Shown here in pieces: positions 27,517-39,112 of a stretch of 64,000 bases of DNA. This stretch comes from Carcharhinus longimanus (Eukaryota). The stretch is taken from positions 76,066,084 to 76,130,083 of the forward strand of contig JASCQW010000190.1 in assembly GCA_030264375.1 (NCBI GenBank), read 5' to 3'. Both the position numbers and the translations under genes were made by a program. The notes under the pieces were generated by a model that was given only the letters and a program-made list of their open reading frames with translations, did no database searches and was not told where the DNA came from. Position 1 is the stretch's first letter; each line of letters begins with the position of its first letter.

Positions 27517-27645
27517 TGGACGGGAATTTCCAGCCTTGCTCGCTTAGAAACCGGAAAATCCTGCCCAAGGTCAACAGACCTATCCATGGTCTGCTCCTTG
27601 CCCGCTCTGATTCCCGCGATGGGCGGGATGGTAAAATACACCCCA
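27517..27645. mobile_element. Short MITE-like element of about 125 bp
   Basis: Imperfect terminal inverted motifs ggacgggaatttcc / ggtaaaatacacccc; related copies at 57291-57420 (reverse), 58850-58977 and 44137-44260. Confidence 0.55.
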
Positions 27646-28307
27646 TTATGTCCGATTCCATTGCATTAGGAGATTCTTCTCAACAATATTTCAGACCTAC
27701 AAAATAATTAACTGTGACAGAACACAAAATGTTACCATCTTATATTTCAAAGACAGCCAATTGAGTAAATTCAGGATCAGATCCCCTTTTGAAGTGCAGA
27801 CTCCAATCTTAATCATCAGCAAAACACTTAACCTAATCATTGATTCTTCACAGCTAGCACTCAGAAAAATATATTGGCACAAACTTCACTATTTTTGACT
27901 AATGGTAGGCCTATATTTATGGACGATCTTCTTATAGAACCTGATTGTAGAAAGCTTACTGTTTTACAATGATAGTAACACAACACGTTCCTCTTAAAAG
28001 AGATCAGGTTAACTCATAATTCCACTTTTGGCATGGGTTTGAGATCAGGCTACCTTTCTGTTTCATCTGATTGAAAATGCTAAAAAAAATACTGAAGTCC
28101 AGGTGAAGAGTCCTTTAAACTGACAACACAAGGCTAAGCTGCCTAACTGAGAAATGTGCAGACCAACAAGTTAAACACATTTCAGACGGTCTTACTCACT
28201 GACCCCTTTTAATTTAGAGACACAGACAAAAATTAAGAAACATGTATTGTACATTCAGGTATACATTTAACATTTGCAAGCAAATGCCCACAAAATTGTA
28301 CACGCAC

Positions 28308-28527
28308 CTTGTCTGGATTCTTCAACCGTTTGCATGATATCCTTCTTATGACTGTTGTAATTCATCCTTAGCTCCTTATTGAATTCATGAAGTGTTTCTC
28401 TAGAATTGTAGGATTTGTGGGGACTTCTACCATCTTCACTTTCATCAGAAGAGCTTGTGTATGCCAATTCCATCTCGCACCTAACTTTTGGCAGTGGTTG
28501 ATAAGGTTTACAATCCATCTGATCCAT
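28308..28527 (-). CDS. TENM1: Teneurin-1 first coding exon (N-terminal intracellular domain; 73 codons + 1 nt, phase-1 intron follows)
   Basis: Translation MDQMDCKPYQPLPKVRCEMELAYTSSSDESEDGRSPHKSYNSRETLHEFNKELRMNYNS closely matches the recalled vertebrate teneurin-1 N-terminus (MEQTDCKPYQPLPKVKHEMDLAYTSSSDESEDGR..SYNSRETLHEY). Strong Kozak context (gaaATGg). Donor CAAG|GTGCGT with the intron starting at 28307. Confidence 0.95.
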
Positions 28528-28590
28528 TTCTTGTACAGCTGGTACACAGACATTAATACAGGGAGTCCAGAATGGTTAATCGAGAATGAC
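28528..28590 (-). other. TENM1: 5'UTR part of the TENM1 ATG-containing exon
   Basis: The strong acceptor cttttcctctttctttgcag|G (AG at 28592-28591) lies 63 nt upstream of the ATG, which implies non-coding exon(s) further upstream. Confidence 0.8.
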
Positions 28591-28610
28591 CTGCAAAGAA
28601 AGAGGAAAAG
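28591..28610 (-). promoter_or_regulatory. 3' splice site / polypyrimidine tract
   Basis: Minus strand reads cttttcctctttctttgcag. Confidence 0.85.
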
Positions 28611-28759
28611 TACATAAATGCCAGAGAAATTGAATTTCTGTTTTTCAATTTTTCAGAAAAGCAGATCGGGTGGAGGGAAAGAAACATGTCTAAATACCCG
28701 CTCACTAACTCCAGAATATGAAGATGTTACACAAATACCATAATCATTTTCACGAATGA

Positions 28760-29750
28760 CAGAATCTTAAGAGCTTTACAGGACAGGAGGCCATTCAGCT
28801 CATAATATCTGGACAAGTTGTTTGAAAGCAGGATCCACTTAGTTCCATTATCCGGTCCTCTCTTCCCCCTTTAAAAGCTATTCTTGATTCTGATGAGCAT
28901 TCACATCCTAACAGTAATGGGTGGTGGTGGGGGGTGGGGTTGGGGGTATAAATGAAATTCTTCTAGCCTCTCCCTTTGTTCTTTTCTCATGATCTTAAAT
29001 TTACAGTTTCTAATTATAAACTCACTGGTCAGTGAAGATAATTTCCTTTTCCTGTTTGACCTGTCAAGCAAATTTATCACAACACCTCTTCACCTTCAGT
29101 TGCAATGAAAACAGGCTCAGTTTCTGCAGTTTCTACTTATAACTAAAATTCTTACCCCTGGTAGTAACATGAATAAATCTCTTCTGCATTCTCTTTATGG
29201 TCTTGATGTTCTTACAAAAAATAAGGCAGCAATATTTTGAATATGCCTAACCAAGGACTTGTATAGGTTAAACCTACTTTCATTGGTTTTGTAGACACAC
29301 TCTTATTTATAAATCTGCAGAACCTATTTTCTTTTATTTATTGCTTTATTGACATGATCTCCTTTGTTTACATCTAAATATCAAAGTCTCATTGTTCCAC
29401 ACTTCGAATATTTTAAAATTAACTGTGCATGTAATTATTCTCTTTGTTCTTCCTCCAAAATATCAGTGTACATTCCTCTGTATTAAATTTCTTTCAATAT
29501 CTGTCTGTTCAATCTAATAACCTTTATATGTCACCTGAGGCTGCTTGCATTTCTCTTCACCATTCATCATGTTCTCTATATTCTGTCATTGGCAAACTTT
29601 GATAATGCATTCTCTATACCCAAGTGTAGATCATTTTTATATAGTGAGAAGTGTAATGATTCCAGCATTTGACTCTTGGTTCACCATAGTATACAGTGCT
29701 CCAGTTTGAAAGCATTTGTTAACCACTGATCCCTTTACTGGCCATCATCC
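28760..29750 (-). mobile_element. Old, heavily diverged CR1 LINE fragment
   Basis: Tail ggaggccattcagc and internal gtcattggcaaactt (FADD region remnant). Confidence 0.55.
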
Positions 29751-29892
29751 AAGTTCCTATTAAGAATGTCACATTCTCTTCAATACTTGGGGGAGAAATT
29801 CATTCATGCCAGCCTGTCAATCTATCCCCTCATTTGTGAATCCAGACCCAAGGCTCACCTATATTGGGCTTTCTGTCTCATTTAAGTTACAG

Positions 29893-30127
29893 TAAGAAGT
29901 CTCACAACCCCAGGTTAGAGTCCTACCAGTTTATTTGATAGTAATCCCACAAGCTTTTGGAAACACTGTTCCTTCGTTAGGTGTGTGGAAAGTTCTGATC
30001 AGAGAAGGGCATATAAAAGTCACACACAGTTCACAGAATACTGATTAGAATGCAAGTCTTTACAGCTAACCTACTATTGTGAGACTTCTTACTGTGTTTA
30101 CACCAGTCCAAAGCCGACATTTCTATG
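29893..30127. mobile_element. Short Penelope-type terminal-repeat insertion with an inverted end and a 15-bp TSD
   Basis: TSD tcatttaagttacag at 29878-29892 and 30128-30142; 19-bp inverted repeat at 29889-29907 / 30077-30095; same family as 50322-50380. Confidence 0.75.
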
Positions 30128-30454
30128 TCATTTAAGTTACAGCAGTGAACTACAGACACCAACTGGGCATCCCTAGGAACCTCACTGTGAAGCGACTTGA
30201 AATAATGGGCTATTGAGTAAACATGGAAAGTTTTTATAAATTCATAGGATGTGAACAGTAGCAAGACCAGCATTTATAGCCCACCTCTAATTGTCCTTGA
30301 GAAAGGCAATTCTGTTCTTCAACAGATACAGTAAAAGCCACAAGGCTGCTAGGAAGGGAATTCCAGTGATGGTGAAGGAATAGGGATAAGTCAGGATGGT
30401 GTACGCCTTGGAAAGGAGTCTCAGATGGTGTTGTTCCCATGCTTATCCAAAGAC

Positions 30455-30740
30455 CATAGAATTATAGAATCTCTACAGAAGCAGGCCATTCGGCCCATCA
30501 AGCCTGCACTGACAACAATCCCATTCTATCCCCATAATACCACATAACTATCCTGCTAATCACTGTGAAACTCAGGTCAATTTAGCATGGCCAAACAACC
30601 TGATCTGCACATCTTGTGGGAGGAAATTCACACAAACACTGGGAGAATGTGCAAACTCCACACAGACAGTGATCCAAGCCAGCAATCAAAACCAGGTCCC
30701 TGGCACTATGAGGCAGCAGTGCCAACCACTGTGCCACTGT
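30455..30740 (-). mobile_element. HE1 SINE
   Basis: Tail-to-head match in reverse. Confidence 0.8.
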
Positions 30741-30885
30741 GTCAGGTTAGGTTGATTGGCTATGCTACATTGACCCTTAGTGTCAGGGAAACTAGTAGGG
30801 TAAATATGTGGGGTTACGGGGATAGCATTGTTGATGCAGGCTCAAAGGGCCAAATGGCCTCCTTCTGCACTGTAGGGAATCTATG
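30741..30885 (+). mobile_element. HE1 SINE 3' half abutting the previous copy in inverted orientation
   Basis: aggttaggttgattggctatgcta..ggcctccttctgcactgtagggaatctatg. Confidence 0.8.
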
Positions 30886-31439
30886 ATCTGTTGCCCTGTT
30901 TTTTCAAGTGTNNNNNNNNNNNNNNNNNNNNNNNNNNNNNNNNNNNNNNNNNNNNAATTACCATCGAGCAGATGGCAAATATTGCTCCTACTGTGTATTG
31001 GTAGCGAACCAAAGCGGTGGATGAGGTGTGAATCAAAGGGTTGCTTTGTCCTGGATGGTGTTGAGTTCTCAAGAATTATTAGAGTACACTTATCCAAATG
31101 GGTGAACAGTATTTCAGCACACTCCAGCCTGTGGACACATTTTGTAGAGTCAGAAGGTGAGTTATTCATTGTGGAATTCCACACATCTCTAATAGCCACA
31201 GTATTCATATCACAGGTCATGTTAAGTTTTTAGCTAGTGGCCATCCCCAGGTTTTTGATTGTGGAGGGATTCTGTGATGGTAATGTTTTTGAAAGTTAAG
31301 AGATCATTAGATTTTCTCTTGTTGCAGATGGTCATTATTTGGCACTTGCACGCCACAAATATCATTTGCCACTTATCAGCCCAAGGCTAAATGTCCAGGT
31401 TTTGCTGTATGCAGGTAAATTGTAGGTAATTAGAGGCAT

Positions 31440-31570
31440 TGGGTGACTGTGTGGAGTTTGCATTCTCCCCTTGTGTGCATGAGTTTCTTCCATNNNNNNN
31501 NNNNNTTTCCTCCTGCAATCCAAAGATGTTCAGGTTAGGTGGATTGACCGTGCTAAATTGCTCCTTCGAG
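31440..31570 (+). mobile_element. HE1 SINE internal fragment
   Basis: gggtgactgtgtggagtttgc..tccaaagatgttcaggttaggtggattg. Confidence 0.7.
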
Positions 31571-32789
31571 TCCCAAGTTGAAAATCCACATGAATAACAT
31601 TCACTGCATTTCATATTATTCCTCAAAAAACTCTTAAATTTTGTCAAACTCATCTACGCTAATTATCTTCAATGAACTGATATTGCTTTAATTGAGAATG
31701 AGTTTGCTTCTCGTTGAAAGATTAACTCTACTTGTCATTTCACAGAACCATTGAACATTTTCAGTGTTTCCTCCTTTTACTTCAGATCTCCAGCATCCAC
31801 AGCATATTACTAATGAATTTTATTCTGCATTGTGACCTATAGAAGCTGAATCAGTTTAACCCTTTCTTGCTTCTTGAACATTGTGGTCCTTTAAGCTTCT
31901 CACATAACTTACTACATCCAAGGTTGTCTGAAAGACTGTGGTTATAGACTGTGATATTCTCCAAGACTTCTTGGAGTTCTATCATGGATGCTATCAGGAC
32001 CTGACGCCTTCAGTTCTACCAACATTCTTACCAACACTCTTTCCTTATACTCGCTTGAACTGTTTATTTTTATTTTTGCTTCCATTTTACACTTTCAGTA
32101 TGTTGCTTGATTTTATTTTGCTTTTTGTTCCCTTTTTAAGTCACATACTGAATTTAATAGTTTGCATTTATTGCCTGTGGAAAACAGCAGCTGTAGGGGA
32201 ACACTAAAAGGTTTCTATTCTCAGTCAGTCAATATAATAATGTAATTGAATTGGCCATGAAAGAACAAAAAATCTGACCTAATACTTATAGTACATTCAA
32301 CACAGATCAATCTGTGCTCTGATTTCATAGACAGCTCTATTTTCTTCATTGAACAGAACCAGTTGGCATCAGTGCTGACAGATTTATTCTTTAGGAAGAC
32401 AATTGGATGTGAATGACAAGAGACCTCAAAGACTGGCCTTCTATCTAGAAAAGGCGACTTATTGCTATTTTAATTTTCAGTGCTTTAGCGTTCTACTAGC
32501 TTATTTTTCTTGAAGAGGCACCGTTATACAAGAAGAACCGTGTCTTAATATACAGTAGAAAGAGGATCTTCATTTAATACAAAGTGTCTTCGGTAGCATT
32601 TTTATTTTCTTCAGCAAGAAGTGGATGTTATTGTAAAGAGCTGTATCATCTGGCCAAGAAATTTGGCATATTCATCAGTATATAAAGTAGAATAAAGGCA
32701 TAATTATGTTAATGAGAACTCCCCTGGAATATACAAAATATTGCTATTTTGTTTCAGTATAAAATGCTTTAAAGTTGTGAAAATTTTTT

Positions 32790-33550
32790 TGATTGCATGT
32801 GAGGTGATGCACTTTGACAAGGAAGTATACTATTAAAGGTCTGACATTGGGAAGTTCTGAAGAACAAAGGGACCTTGCCGTGTTTGGCCATAGGTCCCTG
32901 AAGGCAGAAGGACAGGTTAATAGGGTGGTGAAAAAGTCAGATGACACACTCACCTTAATCAGTCGGGGTATAGATTACAAAAGCAGAGAGGTCATGATGG
33001 AGTTGTATAGAATTTTGGTGAGGCCACAGCTGGAGTACTTGTGCAGTCCTGGTCACCACATGAAGGACATGAATGCACTGGAAGGGGTGCAGAGAGGATT
33101 CACATCTTCTGGGAGAATGTGCATGGAACATTTAAGTTATAAATAGCAGTTGGATCTGTTTAGGTTGTTTCCTCTGGAACAGAAAAGACAGATGGGCGAC
33201 CTGATTAAGCTGTTCAGGATTATGAGGAACATGGACAGGGTGATAGGGAGCAGCTATTCCCCTTAATTGAAGGGTCACTTATAAGGGGATACAAGTTAAA
33301 AGTGAGGGGTGAGAGGTTTTGGAAGGATTTGAGGAAAAACATTTTGCCCAGAGGGCAGTGACGGTCTGGAATGCGTTGTCTGAGAGGGTGGTGGAGGCAG
33401 GATGCCTCTCATCCTTTAAAAAGTACCTGGAAGAGTACTTGGCACGCCATAACAATAGGTTATGGATTAGGTGAGCAGGTCAAGGCCTTTCATGTGTGGC
33501 GCAGACTCGATGGGCCGTAGGGTCCATTCTGCACTGTAGTATTCTGTGAT
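32790..33550 (+). mobile_element. CR1 LINE 3' portion
   Basis: Peptide EEQRDLAVFGHRSLKAEGQVNRVVKK..ISRGIDYKSREVMMELYRILVRPQLEY..LEGVQRGFT; tail cactgtagtattctgtgatt. Confidence 0.85.
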
Positions 33551-33970
33551 TTGATTCATTATTATCACAAGTATTGGGATACGATGAAGAGTGTTACTAT
33601 GCAGACAACATACCATTCATTGCATACCTAGAGGAGAAGAGAAGGATAGAATGCAGAATATAGTGTTACAGTTACAGATAGGGTGAAGAGAAAGTTCAGC
33701 TTAATGTATGACAGGATCATTCAAAAATCTGGTGGCAACAGGGAAGATGCTGTTCTTGAGTCAATTGGTACAGTCATCAGTCTTTTGTATCTTTTTCCTG
33801 ATGGAATAAGGTAAACAAGAATAAGTCTGAGGTGTGAGAGGTCCTTAATTGTGCTGGCTGCTTTCTCGAGGCAGCAGGAAGTGTAGATGGATGGGAGGCT
33901 GGTTTGTGTGATGGACTGGGCTACATTCACAACTCTTTGTGGTTTCTTGTGGTCTTGGTCAGAGCAGGAG
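33550..33970 (-). mobile_element. Rex1/Babar LINE 3' fragment
   Basis: Similar to 9245-9700; peptide AQSITQTSLPSIYTSCCLEKAASTIKD. Confidence 0.75.
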
Positions 33971-35629
33971 TGTCACCATAAATTCAGAATACACCAAAGT
34001 GACACGCGGGCCCTTTTGTATGTTTCTTTTGTTGGATACCAAATGGAACCTAACTTCAGAGTAGTACGAATTCTGGTTTTAAAAATGTTTACATTTTCCT
34101 TTGGTTCTCCTGAGCATTTCACAATGGTATTATATATTTTTAATGTTATGAGAAAGTGGATGCTTCTTCTTGCTTTCCTATCAGTGAAAAGGCTTTCTGC
34201 ATGCTAACCATACTCCAAGGTACAGAATCACTCCCAGTTGTTGTGCAATTTACACCAGGGTCAGTCCTTATTATGGTCCTGTTGCTCTCAGCTGTGCCTC
34301 ACGTTTTCCATTTCCACTCTCAGACTAGTAGTGCAGAATCTGTGCAATCTGAGAACGCTACTTCAAAGCACTGAAACCCAGCTTGTGTCTAATAGTGTCC
34401 CTGGAATGTTAATGTGTACATTTTCCTTGTTTCATGCAAGATAGTTAATCATATATGCACTTCCTCATATAACTGGTTATGCAAGGGCACCAAGTATGAT
34501 GCTTAAGACCATCCTTGACCAATTTGAACTTGATTTCATATATAAAAATGGAAAAGATATGCAAGCATTTAAAGATAAAAGTATTTCTCAATATTATTTA
34601 AAGTCACTGTATCAAATCAGCCGAATGTTTCTACAGACTTTAATGCATTGAGGGATATGGAAAGAAGGTAGGTTCTAAGGTAGGTTGGACTGAGATGGAG
34701 GATCACCATGATCATATCGAATGGTGGAGCAAGCTCAAAGGGCTGAATGGCCCTTGTTTCTATGTTCTAAGTTTCTAATTTTTTATAGTGATCCTTACTG
34801 TGAAAAACAGACAATATATGAAGGGATAACACGTAGGGCCGTTGATAAAACATTTTAATACACTTCTCAGCTGTTATGTTTAAATAATTTGTCATCATGG
34901 CATAGCACATGGACTGTATTGCAATGTCCAGCAAGCTTCCACTAGCTTACTCCCTCCTAATATCTCAGTTGTAACCAGGAGCTGGCACGTTGGGACACCA
35001 GATCTGCATTCCACAAAATTTTCACGTAGTACACCCTCCTTCACCAGGAAAGCAACCGACATTTGCTATTAAATTTTGATACAACTCTCTTAAAACATGA
35101 GTTTGAATATTCCAAAGCATATATTCTCCAGAAATCTATATAGGACCACAGTGCAGTGAAACACCTTGTTTTGTCTAAAGGTCTAAGTGAGAAGCTTGAC
35201 CAATCAATATAAAGGTGCTAATGTCAGCACAATGAATAAGGTTCTTCAGACACAGAATTCAGTGACCTTTGAATGAGCTACTTAATGCTTCTTGGGCACA
35301 AAGGATTTTTTTTGTGTGACCTTTCCATCATATTGCTGACAAAGACTATACTTCCATTCAGAACTCTTGTACATTATTAAATGATTAAGTGTCCAAATTG
35401 TTGTGCGCAGGGCACAATGCACATCAGTAAACATACAAAGTTTGTCATTGTGATTGTAATGTAGTCTGTGCAATATCATTTACCTGAATTATTTTCCCTA
35501 AAGGGTGATGTGTTACCTTGCAACATTTTACCAAAGCATCAGGGCTGAGGATACTGCTCAAAGGAGCTTGAGGATTTAAATCGCATGGGCTTCTAACTGG
35601 AGAGTTAAACCCATCCCTAGACATTTCAA

Positions 35630-36225
35630 CATTAAAATGTCTATTTGAGTATAAAAATTCACAGGTCATGCTGCAGCTATACAGAACCTTAGTTAGGCCT
35701 CATTTAGAATGTTGTGTACAATCCTAGTCGCTACACTACCAGAAGGATGTGGATGCTTTGAAGAGGGTACAGAAGAGGTTTGCCAGGATGTTGCCTGATC
35801 TGGAGGATATTAGCTATGAGGAGAGGTTGGATAAACTCGGTTTATTCTCATCAGAAAGAAGGAGGTTGAGAGGCGACCTGAATGAGGTTCACAGAAGTGA
35901 CTTGGACAGAGTGGGTAATCAGATACTCTTTCCTAGGGTAGAAAAGTCAAGTACTAGGGTACATAGGTTTAAGGTGCATCAGGGAAAGTTTAGAGGAGAT
36001 GCAGGAGAAAGTTTTTTACGCAGAGAGTGGTGAATGTCTGGAACACACTGCCCGGGGAGATGGTGGGAATACAATAGCAGCACTTAGGGGGCAACCAGAC
36101 AAATACATGAATAGGATGGGAATGGAAGGATACGGACTCTGTTTAGGCAGGCATCATGATCGGTGCAGGCTTGGAGGGCCGAAGGGCCTGTTCCTGTGCT
36201 GTACTTCTCTTTGTTCTTTGTCTCT
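35630..36225 (+). mobile_element. CR1 LINE 3' portion
   Basis: Peptide DALKRVQKRFARMLPDLEDISYEERLDKLGLFSSERRRLRGDL; tail gggccgaagggcctgttcctgtgctgtac. Confidence 0.88.
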
Positions 36226-36949
36226 CTATACTTTCTCCCTTTAAAGGCAAGTGTCCAGCTTGTGTTCATGTCCAGTTAGACTGACAAAGTAATTTTTGAG
36301 TTATTACTTTCCCACTTCCATCCTTCACAATTAGAGTGAACAGCACCAATTAGTTCTGCATTTGAACAGAAATTCCACCCCTGAGTGTGACTCTATCCTG
36401 AATTGCAACCTAGTAATGGAAAGTGCCTGACAGAGATTGATGAGTTCAAGCGGTAGGCATCTCTAGGGTTCAAACCCAGAAAGTAATGATGGTTTGTAAA
36501 GTAGCAGTTAAATCATCCACTGACTTCATCCCATTTGGATTTACTTACTAAATTGAATAATTTCATTACTCAACATTTCTCATTTGAAGAATTTATTCAG
36601 GTATGGGAACTGGGACTAATTTGCTTCTTGTTCAGGCTTCAGAATTGTTGCATTTAATGTTTTAAAAATTGCACATATTAATAATGATTTCCTGTATGAC
36701 ACCTACCATATTAAGAGTATCAATATATTTTGAATATATTGCAGCACAGATTGCATTCCTAATACTAATAATGTAAGGCTGCTCACTAATGAGCTTGACG
36801 TCTTGAGGGATTTAGATTGCTTCGGAAATCCGAGTAGTTGGGCCTTTAAAAATAAAGACCAAGAAATTTCATTGGGGATTTCTGACTTCTGATCTTAATT
36901 TCTGTGGGAAAGTAATGAAATCCTCACAGGGATGACAAAAAAATGGTCA

Positions 36950-37414
36950 TTTTCAGCTACTTAGGACGTTTCTCTGGAAATTCTCCTAATTTCCTGTCAC
37001 CCAGAGAATCCATAGGGAATTTCCATACTGTTACTTTTTGCTTCTTGTAATCTGAACTTCCAAGATTTTCTTCACCCCATTACTTTCTTGAAAAATACTG
37101 AAGGCACTGATTTCTTAAGCACTGATTTCTTAAGGCTCGATAAGACCTTTTTGAAATATTTGTAACTTCTGGCATGTTTCCAAATCACCCATTTGGAACA
37201 GGCATACTCACAGTCATGTGAACAAAAATGAGGAAGATATATTCCTAGCTGAGTGAAAGTGGAACCATCTGTAATTTGACCATATTAGAGCTGCATGATT
37301 CCAAGGTCAATTTTCTGATGGCAACAAATTAGGAGGCTGCCTCTGAGTTCGCCATCCAGTCAGGGATTACAAGTAGGTTGAGGAGAAAGGAAGGCCAATT
37401 AGCCCATTGGCAGA
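36950..37414 (+). repeat. Direct repeat, copy 1 (about 460 bp)
   Basis: Highly similar to 38662-39112. Confidence 0.9.
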
Positions 37415-37924
37415 CTTCATAGAGTGTTGCTGAGATGAAGTTTCAAAGAAGGATGGTATGAAATAGCTGTAAGAAGAACTTCACCTTTAAGACCCCGAGC
37501 ATTACCTGTGTTGGCAGTCTCCAGGAGCTGCTCTTGCTGTGGTAAGCCTCTTAACTGCAACTGTCCTTAACACTTGGCTGCTTGCACCATGAATTGGTCA
37601 GATTGCATCTTACTTTCATAGCACTGCAAGCTCTTGCTATGCAGCTGCCTCCACTGAGTAGCTGAATTTCTGATTCAGCCTGGGATCTGTCTGCGTTATC
37701 ATAATTGCCATGGCCTTAAGAGTTTGCCACCCGTGCCCATTTAACAAACTTAATAAGTCCTCACCATTGTCGGCTGGATTACTGTCACCAAGTGGAAGCT
37801 GCCTCTTGAAAAAGCGGGAGGAGGGGAATATATTGGGAACTCGCACAAAACAAGTTTCTCTAATTTTGTTCATTGTCCCATCTCCAAACCCATCTCTCAG
37901 GCTCTGATCACATTTCCCCCAGCA

Positions 37925-38550
37925 AAGAGTCATAGTACAGCACAGAAAAGGTCCTTTGGCCCAAGGAGTCTGCCTCGACAATAACTACTACTAAAATCGC
38001 ACAACTCCCATTTTCTGGCATTTGTCCCATATTCTTGAATGTTATGATGTTTGAAATGCTCATTCAAATTTTTTTTTAAAAAGGTTGTAAAGTTTCCGAC
38101 CTCTACTACCTTCCCAGGCAGTGCGTTCCAGATTCTTATCACCCGCTGAGTGAATTCTTTTTCTCTCAAATCCCCTGTAAATATTCTACCCCTTACCTTA
38201 AAACTGTGTCCCCTTGCGATTGACCCCATAGCCAAAGGAAACAATTACTTCTTATTCACCTTTTCTATACCCCTCATAGTCTTATATATCCCGATCATAT
38301 CCCCCTTAGCCTTTTCTGATCTCAAGAAAACAANNNNNNNNNNNNNNNNNNNNNNNNNNNNNNNNNNNNNNNNNNNNNNNNNNNNNNNNNNNNNNNNNNN
38401 NNNNNNNNNNNNNNNNNNNNNNNNNNNNNNNNNTAGCCTTTTCTGCTCTCAATAAAACAATTCAAGCCTCTCCAGTCTCTCCTTATATGTCAAATGCTCC
38501 ACTCCAGGCAACATCCTGGTGAATCTCCTTTGTATCCCTTCTAGTGCAAT
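37925..38550 (-). mobile_element. CR1 LINE 3' portion (contains an assembly gap)
   Basis: Peptide RGHSFKVRGRIFTGDLREKEFTQRVIRIWNALPGKVVE. Confidence 0.85.
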
Positions 38551-38661
38551 ACTACCCCAAACAAACAGCTGGACAAAGCAACTGTGGAATATTTTGCTAT
38601 TTTGAACCTATGACGTGCAATATGCTTAGGTTTTGGTAAGTATGAAAAGGTGTGGGCTACC

Positions 38662-39112
38662 TTTTCAGCTACTTAGGACATTTCACTGGGAGTTCTCCTA
38701 ATTTCCTGTCACCCAGAGAACCCATAGGGAATTTCCATACTGTTGCTTTTTGCTTCTTGTAATCTGAACTTCCAAGATTTTCCTCACCCCATTCCTTCCT
38801 TAAAAAATAATTAAGCACTGATTTCTTAAGGCTCGATAAGACCTTTTTGAAATATTTGTAACTTCTGGCATGTTTCCAAATCACTAATTTGGAACAGGCA
38901 TACTCATAGTCATGTGAATAAAAAGGAGGAATATATATTCCTAGCTAAGTGAAAGTGGAACCATCTGTAATTTGACCATATTAGAGCTGCATGTTTTCAA
39001 GGTCAATTTTCTGGATGGCAGCAAATTAGGAGGCTGCCTCTGAGTTTGCCATCCAGTCAGGGATTACAGGTAGGGTTGATGAGAAAGGAAGGCCAATTAG
39101 CCCACTGGCAGA
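38662..39112 (+). repeat. Direct repeat, copy 2
   Basis: Highly similar to 36950-37414. Confidence 0.9.

Larger units (their letters stand above)
30235..31430 (-). mobile_element. Family-B LINE 3' portion interrupted by an HE1 SINE pair (30455-30885)
   Basis: Tail at about 30240-30300; resumes at 30886 (tctgttgccctg). Confidence 0.7.

Noticed and set aside
1-28300. Second TENM1 coding exon
   Set aside because: No ORF resembling the next teneurin-1 segment was found; it probably lies beyond the window start (intron longer than 28 kb) or in a gap.
28267-28307. ORF-track extension GACTILWAFACKC of the TENM1 ORF
   Set aside because: Intron read-through past the GT donor at 28307.
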